Shown: in pieces, positions 37,903 through 47,034 of the stretch
Numbering within the stretch: position 1 is the first letter of the stretch
Layout of the letters: every line of letters begins with the position of its first letter
Source: Actinomycetota bacterium
GTDB lineage: Bacteria > Actinomycetota > CADDZG01 > JAHWKV01
Direction of reading: 5' to 3'
DNA: 64,000 nt
NCBI GenBank assembly: GCA_051005875.1
Contig: JBPCIX010000077.1
Coordinates: forward strand, 9,537-73,536
Translations under genes and position numbers: made by a program
Notes under the pieces: generated by a model
Told to the model about the DNA's origin: nothing
Database searches by the model: none
The model's input: only the letters and a program-made list of their open reading frames with translations

Positions 37903-38700
37903 CTACGGTGCCGGCTGGACGGGCAGAGTTGTTGTGGCCTGGTCGGGAACTGCTCCGGCCTGCCCCGGCTGGCCGCCCGCCGGAGCGGTGGGGGCCTCTT
38001 CCGAAGGAAGTTGTATCGGCGCCGGGCTGCTTTCGGCCGCACCGTCCGGCGTTGCAGGCCGCTTCCCCACCCCGAATCGAACCTTTAGGGCCGTCAGTTT
38101 TGTCTCACCGCTGGTGACAAGGTTTTGACCATGGGCGGCGATATTCAGGCTCTGCTTCAAAGCCAAGTCCCTGGTGGCAGTATCCGGGGTGGTGGCGCCA
38201 AGTTGCAGGCTCTTCACCGAGTCGATGAGAACGATGTTGCCCTGAACCAGCAGTGCTCGAGTTTCGTCGAGTTCAGGCAAGCCCGGGGGGATATCGGTGC
38301 TTCTAAGCTGTGTATCCAACTTTCGGAATTCAGTCAGCCACAAGTCGGCTTGTTTTTTTAATTCTGGGGGGGGTAGTTTTCCCGATGTAACACCATCCGG
38401 CGCCGCGGCCATAGAAGACAATACCTCCCCAAGCGGAGACTTGGCGAGTTGGTATTTGCGATCAAACTTGCGAACGGCCTGAGTGTTGACTTTGGTCTCC
38501 TTACGAGTTCGCAGCCAGTCGCCGCCGACTTTAAGAACCGTCCCAATTAGCGCGATACCAACAGCGATGGCGATTAACTGGTACCCCGACCGGTGGTACC
38601 AGGCGGACCGGGATCGCGGAGGGGCCGTCTTTGGAACCGGTATGGCACCCCGGGCTCTCACCGGCTTGCGAGGGGGAGGCTTTTTCGCTGTCTTAGCCAT
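37903..38700 (-). CDS. Hypothetical membrane-anchored protein (basic N-terminus, single TM), in the position where tatC is usually found
   Basis: KKPPPRKPVRAR basic N-terminus, one TM (LIAIAVGIALIGTVL), then an about 200-aa low-complexity extracytoplasmic region. Confidence 0.5.
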   Translation of the reverse strand: MAKTAKKPPPRKPVRARGAIPVPKTAPPRSRSAWYHRSGYQLIAIAVGIALIGTVLKVGGDWLRTRKETKVNTQAVRKFDRKYQLAKSPLGEVLSSMAAAPDGVTSGKLPPPELKKQADLWLTEFRKLDTQLRSTDIPPGLPELDETRALLVQGNIVLIDSVKSLQLGATTPDTATRDLALKQSLNIAAHGQNLVTSGETKLTALKVRFGVGKRPATPDGAAESSPAPIQLPSEEAPTAPAGGQPGQAGAVPDQATTTLPVQPAP

Positions 38701-38721
38701 ATGCGTGAGAGTCTATCCGGC

Positions 38722-39090
38722 TCAAGGCTCTTTCCCGGGCGGGTACTCCCGGATGTCCGGATCCGCCATCTGGGGATCCTGTTGGTTTACTGCGACGTCC
38801 GCGGGCTCCGTGGCGCCCAGCTTTGTGGTCACGGACTCGCTTTCAATAGGCAATGCTTTTGTTTCAGGCACAGGCCAAGGGTGGAACGCTGGATCATCGG
38901 CCGCTGAATCGTGAAAAGCAGGGTCATCCAGGCCCGCCTTGAGATCTTCAGTAAGGTCCCCCGTAACCTTTTTAAACTCCCTTAGCGCCTTGCCGGCCTG
39001 CCGTGCCATATCCGGTAGCCGGCGGGGACCGAAGACCAGTAGCGCGACTACGGCAATAACCATCATTTCAGGAAAACCAATATTGCCCAT
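38722..39090 (-). CDS. tatA: Twin-arginine translocase subunit TatA/TatB
   Basis: MGNIGFPEMMVIAVVALLVFGPRRLPDMARQAGKALREFK is the canonical TatA N-terminus. The acidic tail carries a DDPAFH x2 repeat. Confidence 0.85.
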   Translation of the reverse strand: MGNIGFPEMMVIAVVALLVFGPRRLPDMARQAGKALREFKKVTGDLTEDLKAGLDDPAFHDSAADDPAFHPWPVPETKALPIESESVTTKLGATEPADVAVNQQDPQMADPDIREYPPGKEP

Positions 39091-39143
39091 TGTCCTAGAG
39101 TCTAAGGTCTGGCGTTGGCCTGCGCACCGAAATCTTTACTCAG

Positions 39144-40094
39144 TCACGATTCGTATCGAGCAGCGAGCCGGCAGGCCGACTGCCGGACTGCCTCGGCAAG
39201 CGATTTCGGTTCAATGACTCGGGCATACTTGCCGAGTCGGACCAACAGCCTCTCAAGCCAGATTGTCCCACCAGCAGTGAGCTGCACCCGGGTCCAGCCT
39301 CCCTTTCTGGGTGTTACTGAGATCGTCGGGTAGTACTCGGTGACCCAAGCCGCTTCAGGCCTTAGGTCGATTGTCACCGGCAAGGCGCCGGCAGACTGCA
39401 CATATATCTGCTCGTACTTAGACAGATCCACGTCCGCAGGGATGATGGCCCGCTCGTCGAGGGTTTGCAAACGCCGGACTCTGTCAAGCCTAAAAATCCG
39501 TTCGGCCTCGACCTTGTTGCACCAGCCGAGCAAATACCAACGTCCCGCAGCGAAGAACAATGCCCAGGGGTCGACGTCGCGCTCAGTGATTTCTTCTTTC
39601 GAATGAGACTGGTACCTCAGATGGACCCGGAGGCCGCTTTCAATGGCCCTTCGGATCTCGGTAAGCTCATCCGAGGCAGCCACACCCACAGCCACCCGCT
39701 CAAGGGCCTCGGAGCCGAGGGCGTCTTTCAACCTTTCTGTGGCTCTAAGGATCGCCGGGTTGGGCTCGCCACCGGCAGCGGCCAATGCCCTTGCGCCCGC
39801 GTAAAGAAGGAGCCCTTCGGCGGGCGTCAGCCGAAGCGGGCGCGAAAAGTATTCGGCTGTTTTGATCCAAACCTGGCCGGAGTCTATGTAGGCCTCGATT
39901 AGATCACCGGGCCCGTAACCGGGCAGCCCGCACATGAATAGAAGATTGAGGTCGGCGATGAGTTCCTTTTGAGTAAGGCCGAATCTGCCACACACTTCGT
40001 CGACCGAGATCCCAGAGTTGCGGAGCACAAAGGGCACCATGATCAAAAGACGAGCGAATCTAGCTTCTGTAGTTGTGACCGGTGTTGGGCTCAT
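39144..40094 (-). CDS. pafC: Proteasome accessory factor PafC (HTH-WYL regulator)
   Basis: HTH N-terminus and a WYL domain (GRWYLLGWC). Positioned after pafB. Confidence 0.85.
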   Translation of the reverse strand: MSPTPVTTTEARFARLLIMVPFVLRNSGISVDEVCGRFGLTQKELIADLNLLFMCGLPGYGPGDLIEAYIDSGQVWIKTAEYFSRPLRLTPAEGLLLYAGARALAAAGGEPNPAILRATERLKDALGSEALERVAVGVAASDELTEIRRAIESGLRVHLRYQSHSKEEITERDVDPWALFFAAGRWYLLGWCNKVEAERIFRLDRVRRLQTLDERAIIPADVDLSKYEQIYVQSAGALPVTIDLRPEAAWVTEYYPTISVTPRKGGWTRVQLTAGGTIWLERLLVRLGKYARVIEPKSLAEAVRQSACRLAARYES

Positions 40095-41065
40095 TTCTTT
40101 GGCTCACACATCTCGGCAAGCCGCTCATGCATGACCTCGCGGAGCTCAGGCGGAGCGGTAACCTCAGCCCCGTCGCCGAAACTAAGAACCCAACCGATGA
40201 ACCCATCTACGTCGGTAACTTCAACGAACGCAATCGCCCCTCCCCCGGATTGCGACTGAAGATTAAGCCATGGAGATGAGCGCTCAGCCCACCAGGCAAC
40301 GGAAGGAGCAAACACCACCTCGGCCTGCATTATTCGGATTCCCTGGACAAAGGGAGGAGTTTCAAGAGCCGCCTCGGCTCGAAAGTTCTCGGGAGCTTCA
40401 AAATCCGCTCCGGATTTCGTCGGGTCCGTCTGACGGATGACGCCCTGAACACGATCAAGTCGAAAGGAACGTACCTCGGTGCTGCCATGGTCCATTCCCA
40501 CCAGATACCAAACTCCTTTGCGATGAACCAGACCGTAGGGATCGAGGATACGAACTGCCTCGCCACTGCGACTCCTGTACGCAAAGGTCAATGTCTTCTT
40601 TTCCGTTACTGCCTCGAAAGCAATTGGAAGGCTTGGAGCGGTAAGACTGAGGTCGGCGCTCAGCCAATGTGGGTTAGTAGATTGTTCAACGGGTTTGTTG
40701 TGACCCAATTTCAACATGGCCGACCGGGCCGTGGCGTCATCGCGCATGCGAACAAGCCCCGCGGCCAGCCAAAGGGCCGCAAGTTCATCGGGTGCAAGTT
40801 CCAGCTCCGGCAAGTAGTAGCGATCTTTGGGGATTCGATAGCCTTCTTCTAATTCCCAAACATCCATCGGCGCCCGCTCAACGGGAATGCCCATCTCATG
40901 AAGTTCCTGCTTGTCGCGCTCGAACATGCGCTTGAAGGCATCCCACTGGTCCTGGCCATATCCGGGAATGGTTTGGTGAATCTCTTGAAGACTTATTGGT
41001 CGTGAAGTCTCGAGCAACATGACGATCAGGTTGAGCAGCCTTTCGGCCTTTGAAGCGTTAGTCAA
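40091..41065 (-). CDS. pafB: Proteasome accessory factor PafB (HTH-WYL regulator)
   Basis: AERLLNLIVMLLETSRPISLQEI HTH and a WYL domain (GVWYLVGMD). 4-nt overlap with pafC. Confidence 0.85.
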   Translation of the reverse strand: MTNASKAERLLNLIVMLLETSRPISLQEIHQTIPGYGQDQWDAFKRMFERDKQELHEMGIPVERAPMDVWELEEGYRIPKDRYYLPELELAPDELAALWLAAGLVRMRDDATARSAMLKLGHNKPVEQSTNPHWLSADLSLTAPSLPIAFEAVTEKKTLTFAYRSRSGEAVRILDPYGLVHRKGVWYLVGMDHGSTEVRSFRLDRVQGVIRQTDPTKSGADFEAPENFRAEAALETPPFVQGIRIMQAEVVFAPSVAWWAERSSPWLNLQSQSGGGAIAFVEVTDVDGFIGWVLSFGDGAEVTAPPELREVMHERLAEMCEPKK

Positions 41066-42140
41066 TTTCGTAGATGAGCTTGCCCGCTACCAGGCCTGCG
41101 GCCCCTGCAGCCATAAAAAATTCGGGATCGTCGACGACGGACCGGCCCATTGTCTCGGGGGTCAAGTCGAATTCCTTAAGCGCCGGTTCGGTCTCCCAGG
41201 CGTCGACGATTCGAATATCGTGCATGTCGCTGAGCCCCTGGCCGGCAAGAGCAGCCATTACCTGGTTCAGCTTGTCGAGTTCGAAGTCGGGTACGGCAAT
41301 GGTCCCCCTGGCTACAGCTCCAAATCTTAGTGCGGCTAAACAATGCCGGCTGACGCCGTGGTGGCGGGGCCTTTGGTCGGCGAACGAAATTCTGAGCGCC
41401 GCGATTGGGCGGCCTCCAAGAGCGGCTGCGGCCGATACCACCTGCCCTTGCTCCATGCCCGTGTGGCCCAATAACGTATTTGTTCCGACGACCCCGGGTC
41501 CCACCGAGACAACCGTCACGTCGGCCTTTAGCACTTCACTGGCCGCCATGAGCGAACTGAAAATGTTGATGGACTCAAGATCACCGCCGAAGGCGTGTCC
41601 GCATGTGATCGTAGCCTGAATTAAGTCCCGGTTTTTCAGCTCTGCAACCACCCTGCTGTGCGCGATCGGCAAAGCGCCACCGTCGGTCATGATGTAGGCG
41701 ATGGTGAGGTCAGGGTCCATGTGTTTCAACATGGCTACCGCCGGCGCCACTTGCGAGTGCAGGCCACAGGCAACGACGGGCATACCGGCCAGCGAGTCCG
41801 CCTCGGCCAAAAGTTCGTGGTGCTCGCTTTCGGGGGCCTCAGCCACCAACGTGTCCATTTGCCAGGGCGTGTATCTGAGCTTCATGATGTGTCCCGGCGA
41901 CCTAGATTCGACTTTGTCCAGCCCCAGGTTCCACAAAACGAAGTCATCGCCCCCGGTCCCGAGGGCAAGTTCCACCGCGGTAGTATTTATGACCACCCTG
42001 TCCCCCACGGTCAGCTTGCCGGTCATAACCGGAAAGCTGGTAGCCTGACGATTCCTTCGGCCGAGCTTGACCGTCACCCGCTCGATCCCCTCACTGGAAT
42101 CGAGGACCTTGGCGACGACGCCTGTGCTAAATCTGGCCAA
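41058..42140 (-). CDS. DUF3866-family protein
   Basis: 360-aa soluble protein matching the DUF3866 architecture, located between pafA and pafB. TTG start. Confidence 0.65.
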   Translation of the reverse strand: MARFSTGVVAKVLDSSEGIERVTVKLGRRNRQATSFPVMTGKLTVGDRVVINTTAVELALGTGGDDFVLWNLGLDKVESRSPGHIMKLRYTPWQMDTLVAEAPESEHHELLAEADSLAGMPVVACGLHSQVAPAVAMLKHMDPDLTIAYIMTDGGALPIAHSRVVAELKNRDLIQATITCGHAFGGDLESINIFSSLMAASEVLKADVTVVSVGPGVVGTNTLLGHTGMEQGQVVSAAAALGGRPIAALRISFADQRPRHHGVSRHCLAALRFGAVARGTIAVPDFELDKLNQVMAALAGQGLSDMHDIRIVDAWETEPALKEFDLTPETMGRSVVDDPEFFMAAGAAGLVAGKLIYEID

Positions 42141-42150
42141 GCAGGTCCCT

Positions 42151-42195
42151 CCCGATCTTCATTCGCCCGATCTTCATTCGCCCGATCTTCATTCG
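42151..42195. repeat. 15-bp x3 tandem repeat (cccgatcttcattcg) between pafA stop and DUF3866 start
   Basis: Three perfect copies. On the coding (minus) strand each unit reads CGAATGAAGATCGGG and carries a TGA in frame with pafA. Confidence 0.9.
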
Positions 42196-42200
42196 ATTGG

Positions 42201-43553
42201 TCACAACGCTGAAATCAATCTTGCGACCCGCTCGTCGGTGTGCTTAAACGGATCCTTACAAAGAACCGTCCTTTGGGCCTGGTCATTCAATTTCAAGTGG
42301 ACCCAGTCAACGGTGAAATCTCGGCGTCTCTTCTTAGCCGCCCTGATGAACTCACCCCGCAATTTAGCCCGGGTGGTTTGCGGCGGGTTCAGCTTTGCCT
42401 CATCGATCTCCTGGTCGGTCACGTAGCGCTCGGCAAGGCCATTTCTCTCGAGTAAGTAATAAAGACTTCGGCGCCGTGACACATCATGGTAAGCAAGGTC
42501 CATCAGCGCGAGCTTAGGATGACCGAGCCCAATTTCATGCCTTGCCTGGAAGGCTTCCAGCAACTTGTACTTCATTACCCAATCGATCTTCGAATCAAGC
42601 TGCATAAAGTCATCCTCCAAAGCGACAAGGCACCCCTCCCAATCCTTAACTATTTGCTTCATTTCCGGATCGTCTCGACGATCAACGTACTTAGCTGCAC
42701 GGCTAAGGTACTCCCATTGCAACTCGATGGCCGAAGTCTCGCGGCCATTGGCGAGGCGCACTTTACGGCGGCAGGTTATATCGTGCGAAATCTCTCGTAT
42801 GGCCTTGATGGGATTCTCGAGGGTTAAGTCACGCATCACCACTCCTTCTTCAAGCATTCGAAGGAGCACCGACGTGGTGGCGACCTTGATCCAGCCGGAA
42901 TATTCGCTCATGTTCGAGTCACCGACGATGACATGAAGCCGGCGAAATTTCTCAGCATCTGCATGTGGCTCATCTCTGGTGTTAATAATTGGCCTGGAAC
43001 GGGTGGTGGCTGAAGAAACTCCTTCCCAGATATGTTCTGCCCTCTGGGAAATGCAGTACAGGGCGCCCCTGGCGGTCTGTAGAACTTTGCCCGCTCCGGA
43101 AAAGATTTGCCTGGAAACAAAAAACGGGATCATGACTTCGGCAAGTTTGCCGAACTCGCCGTAGCGGCTTACCAGGTAGTTCTCGTGACATCCGTAAGAG
43201 TTGCCCGCTGAGTCAGTATTGTTCTTAAAGAGGTAAACCTGCCCGGAAATACCTTCTTCCCTAAGGCGCATTTCAGCCGCGTTGACGAGCGATTCGAGTA
43301 TGCGCTCCCCCGCTTTATCATGGACAATAAGCTCACGAATGTCGTCACATTCGGGAGTTGCATATTCTGGATGCGATCCTACGTCGAGATAAAGCCTGGC
43401 CCCATTTTCCAGAAAGACATTAGACGATCGCCCCCACGACACAACCCGGCGGAACAGGTAACGGGCAACTTCATCGGGCGATAAACGACGCTGTCCGCGA
43501 AAAGTACAGGTAACCCCATATTCATTTTCCAGCCCGTAAATTCGTCTTTCCAA
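42201..43553 (-). CDS. pafA: Pup--protein ligase
   Basis: [17 protein letters not shown]-terminus and carboxylate-amine ligase fold motifs; paralogous to dop at 45413. Confidence 0.95.
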   Translation of the reverse strand: MERRIYGLENEYGVTCTFRGQRRLSPDEVARYLFRRVVSWGRSSNVFLENGARLYLDVGSHPEYATPECDDIRELIVHDKAGERILESLVNAAEMRLREEGISGQVYLFKNNTDSAGNSYGCHENYLVSRYGEFGKLAEVMIPFFVSRQIFSGAGKVLQTARGALYCISQRAEHIWEGVSSATTRSRPIINTRDEPHADAEKFRRLHVIVGDSNMSEYSGWIKVATTSVLLRMLEEGVVMRDLTLENPIKAIREISHDITCRRKVRLANGRETSAIELQWEYLSRAAKYVDRRDDPEMKQIVKDWEGCLVALEDDFMQLDSKIDWVMKYKLLEAFQARHEIGLGHPKLALMDLAYHDVSRRRSLYYLLERNGLAERYVTDQEIDEAKLNPPQTTRAKLRGEFIRAAKKRRRDFTVDWVHLKLNDQAQRTVLCKDPFKHTDERVARLISAL

Positions 43554-43572
43554 ATCACCGCCTCACCCCGAT

Positions 43573-44256
43573 TTAGGCAAGAAGCGCACTAACCTCTTTG
43601 TCTAGCAAACGGCGGAACTTGCGGCGCTCGCGGGTGCGATCAAGTACTGCCACTTCAAGGTTCCCGGTAGCGGGAATGTCGCGGCTTTCGACCTCGGCCA
43701 GGGCGGCAAGCCCAAGTTTCACGCCGGCCGCCACCGCCATATCGGCCTTGTAGTGGGTGGTGAGATACCCGGCGAGATCCTCCGAGTTGCCCCCCATAGC
43801 GACAAAGTCTTCCTCGTCGGTGACCGAGCCGTCGTACAAGATTCTGTAAAGCTCATTCGATTGAGCGTCAATGCCTACCTGGGCCACGAGAATTTCCACC
43901 TCGAAAGGCTTCATAGCTTCGGTGAAAATCTGACCGAGAATTTGCGAATAGGAGTTGGCAAGTCCTCGCGCCGTAACATCATCGCGTGAGTAAGAGTACC
44001 CCCGAATATCCGCCTGGCGAATGCCGTGCATGCGAAGACTTTCGAACTCGTTGAATTTTCCAACTGCGCCAAAGGCCATCCTGTCGTAAATCTCCGAAAT
44101 CTTATGGAGAGTGGCAGAAGGATTCTCGGCCACAAACAAGATCCCGTCCTTATAGGCCAAGGCGATAACAGACTTACCGCGAGTAATGCCCTTTCGCGCG
44201 TAGTCGGACTTGTCCTTCATCAGTTGTTCTGGTGAGACGTAAAAAGGCATCGACAT
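43573..44256 (-). CDS. prcA: Proteasome subunit alpha
   Basis: YDRMAFGAVGKFNEFE and typical 20S alpha-subunit length. Confidence 0.95.
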   Translation of the reverse strand: MSMPFYVSPEQLMKDKSDYARKGITRGKSVIALAYKDGILFVAENPSATLHKISEIYDRMAFGAVGKFNEFESLRMHGIRQADIRGYSYSRDDVTARGLANSYSQILGQIFTEAMKPFEVEILVAQVGIDAQSNELYRILYDGSVTDEEDFVAMGGNSEDLAGYLTTHYKADMAVAAGVKLGLAALAEVESRDIPATGNLEVAVLDRTRERRKFRRLLDKEVSALLA

Positions 44257-44264
44257 GGGAGGTC

Positions 44265-45128
44265 CTACTCGACTTGCTCAGAGGCGCCGGGGATCCGCTC
44301 ATCGGATTGAACGGCGCCGGCGGATCGGCGCTCCTGCAGCAAGGCTTCGAACAGAGCGGCTATTTCGTCGTCGGGGATTTTGGCGAAACCTTCGGCAGAA
44401 ATCGAGGCGATGTTGGGATAAATGTTACGAAGCACGTCGGGGCCGCCGGTGCCGACATCTTCCTCTGAAGCGTCGAACAGGGCCTCGAGCGCAACCTTTA
44501 CCGCCTCGTCTCTTGTGATGTCGGGCCGGTACCGTTTCTTAATGGTGGCTCGGGCGTCGCGGCCCCCCGAACCGGTTGCCCAATAGTCGCTTTCTTCATA
44601 GCGTCCGCCGGTAAGGTCGTATTTGAAGATCCGGCCAACCTCTGCCCCCAGGTCGAAGCCGGCGAATAGCGGGACAACCGCCAGTCCTTGCATCGCCATG
44701 GGAAGGTTCGCTCGGATCATCTGCGACAACTTGTTGGCCTGGCCTTCAAGGCTGAGACGTTCGCCCTCGATCTTCTCGTAATGCTCAAGCTCGGTCTGGA
44801 ACAAGCGGGTCATTTCAATGGCAGGCCCTGCTGTGCCCGCGATCGCCACGGCCGACCAGTTGTCTGTTGCGAAAACCTTTTCGATAGACCGATGGGCAAT
44901 TGAATAGCCTTCGGTGGCACGGCGGTCTCCCGCTATGACCACGCCTCCCCTGTGCCGAAGCGCAAGGATCGTAGTCGCATGAGCAAACTGAGGCTCAGCG
45001 CCGGAGATCTGTGTCGCGCCGGGCATTCTGCCCTCCGCATTTGCGCCGCGGTTCATCAGATCACTAAATGACGAGGGGCCGAGTTCGGCAGAGGGCGATC
45101 GTGAAAAGGGCAAGTTGGGAAAATCCAT
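44265..45128 (-). CDS. prcB: Proteasome subunit beta (with propeptide)
   Basis: Propeptide followed by the active-site TTILAL (Thr1). ATG at 45128. Confidence 0.9.
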   Translation of the reverse strand: MDFPNLPFSRSPSAELGPSSFSDLMNRGANAEGRMPGATQISGAEPQFAHATTILALRHRGGVVIAGDRRATEGYSIAHRSIEKVFATDNWSAVAIAGTAGPAIEMTRLFQTELEHYEKIEGERLSLEGQANKLSQMIRANLPMAMQGLAVVPLFAGFDLGAEVGRIFKYDLTGGRYEESDYWATGSGGRDARATIKKRYRPDITRDEAVKVALEALFDASEEDVGTGGPDVLRNIYPNIASISAEGFAKIPDDEIAALFEALLQERRSAGAVQSDERIPGASEQVE

Positions 45129-45180
45129 AGTTGTGGCCAGTCTATTAGAGACGAAGGAGATTCGAAGATGGACGAGCGGC

Positions 45181-45372
45181 TTATTGGCCGCCTTTTTGTA
45201 CATACGAGCGCACGAATTCTTCGGCGTTTTCCTCAAGGACTTCGTCGATCTCGTCGATGAGGCTGTCTATTTGCTCGGTGTTCTTGCGCTCTCGGGCGGC
45301 GGGCGCGGCTGGCTGAGGCTCGTCTTCCGCTGCCTTTTTCTTCGCACGCTTTACTTCTTCGCCTGCCGGCAT
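45181..45372 (-). CDS. pup: Prokaryotic ubiquitin-like protein Pup
   Basis: 63-aa acidic disordered protein ending in GGQ. Confidence 0.9.
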   Translation of the reverse strand: MPAGEEVKRAKKKAAEDEPQPAAPAARERKNTEQIDSLIDEIDEVLEENAEEFVRSYVQKGGQ

Positions 45373-45412
45373 ACCTCACCCTCCATTAACTTATATGTCC
45401 ATTGTAAAGCCG

Positions 45413-46909
45413 CTACGCGTCTAGTGCCTCCAGTAGGTCTGCCGCCGTTTTTGATGAATTGATCAAACTCTCGGTGGCTTGCCTGTTGCCCCTTAGCGGC
45501 TCCATCATTGAAATTTTCTTTAAGGTCTCGGCACCGGTGTCGAACATCATTCCATCCCACGATGCCGCGGTCACATCGGACGAGAACTTACTGAGAACAG
45601 TTCCCCGGAAGTAGGCCCTGGTGTCGAACGGAGGCTGTGACACGGCGCTCGCAATTTCAGCCTCGGTGACCATGGTTTCAAAGTGACCCTGTTCGACCAA
45701 TTTGTAATAAATTCCTTTTCCAACGCGGACGTCGTGATACTGCAAATCCACCAACGAAAGTCTTGGATCCGGCCAGTCGAGCTTGTGCCGCTCCTGGTAA
45801 GCCTTGAGCGTCTTGAATTTGGCGACCCAGTCGAGTTGACGGTCAAGCGTCATCGGGTCGGTCTCAAGTCCCATTAAGACCTGCTCCCACCGAGTGGTTA
45901 CCTCTGCCAGAACCTCGTTGTCGTCCTGTTCGACCAGGTACTTTTTCGCCCAGTCTAAGAACTCCCACTGCAGATCCACGGCGGTGATCGTGCGGCCATC
46001 AGCAAGAGCTACTTTGGCGCGGCAAGTCGGATCGCGCGAGATCGCCCTAAGGGCGGAGATCGGTTCCGCCAAGGTTAGGTCCGCGGCAATAAAGTCGTCC
46101 TCGACCATTTGAAGCAGTAGGGCCGTGGTGCCGGTCTTGAGAAAAGTCGCTATTTCGCTCATGTTGGCATCGCCGATAATCACGTGCAGCCGCCTGTATT
46201 TGTCGGGGTCGGCGTGGGGCTCGTCTCTGGTGTTGATGATGGGCCGCTTGAAGGTGGTCTCGAGGCCCACCTCGACTTCGAAGAAGTCGGCCCTTTGTGA
46301 GATTTGATACTTAACAAGCTCGGTGCCGGGTTGGCCCTCTGTGCCGATCTTTCCAGCGCCGGTAAATACCTGACGGGAAACCAAAAAAGGAGTGAGCATT
46401 TTCACAATACTTGGGAACGGAGTGGACCGCGAGACCAGGTAGTTTTCGTGACAACCGTAAGAATTGCCCTTGCCGTCCGAATTGTTCTTATACACGAGGA
46501 TTCGCTGTCCCTCAGGCAGCGCTGTGGACGCCGAATGCAGGCTGGCCGCCAGCACGCGCTCCCCCGCCTTGTCGTGAATGACGAGATCCCGGGCATTCGT
46601 GCATTCAGGCGTGCAGTACTCTGGATGAGCATGGTCAACGTAGTAGCGAGCGCCGTTTTCGAGGATCACCGAGACCAAAGACCCTTCATCTTCCGCCGGC
46701 TCCAGCCCCGGCCGCTCGAAACCCCTGGCGTCTCGCAACGGGCTTTCTTCTTCATAATCCCAACGGACTCTTTTAAGTCGAGGCGAGGCGTAGGAGTTAA
46801 TCAGAATCGAGGAAGCAAGAATCGGGTTGGAATCCTCCGTCCCTTTGGCGATGATCCCGTATTCAGTTTCAATTCCCATTACCTTGAGGATTGCCACGTC
46901 TGCCTCCAC
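45413..46909 (-). CDS. dop: Pup deamidase/depupylase
   Basis: MGIETEYGII...RWDYEEESPLRDARGFE is the Dop-specific N-terminal region. Confidence 0.95.
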   Translation of the reverse strand: MEADVAILKVMGIETEYGIIAKGTEDSNPILASSILINSYASPRLKRVRWDYEEESPLRDARGFERPGLEPAEDEGSLVSVILENGARYYVDHAHPEYCTPECTNARDLVIHDKAGERVLAASLHSASTALPEGQRILVYKNNSDGKGNSYGCHENYLVSRSTPFPSIVKMLTPFLVSRQVFTGAGKIGTEGQPGTELVKYQISQRADFFEVEVGLETTFKRPIINTRDEPHADPDKYRRLHVIIGDANMSEIATFLKTGTTALLLQMVEDDFIAADLTLAEPISALRAISRDPTCRAKVALADGRTITAVDLQWEFLDWAKKYLVEQDDNEVLAEVTTRWEQVLMGLETDPMTLDRQLDWVAKFKTLKAYQERHKLDWPDPRLSLVDLQYHDVRVGKGIYYKLVEQGHFETMVTEAEIASAVSQPPFDTRAYFRGTVLSKFSSDVTAASWDGMMFDTGAETLKKISMMEPLRGNRQATESLINSSKTAADLLEALDA

Positions 46910-47034
46910 AACTAGGACACGAGCTGAGCCCGGTCAGGCAAGAGCCCTCAACCCATCATACGGGTCATTGAAAGCAACAATTGCTCCCGGAAAGTCGCAA
47001 CCGGTAGTAACGCCAACCGTTTAAGATACCTGAT

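Noticed and set aside
38860-38930. DDPAFH duplication in the TatA acidic tail as a separate feature
   Set aside because: It is an imperfect, about 1.6-copy repeat. It is folded into the general tandem-repeat finding and not reported on its own.
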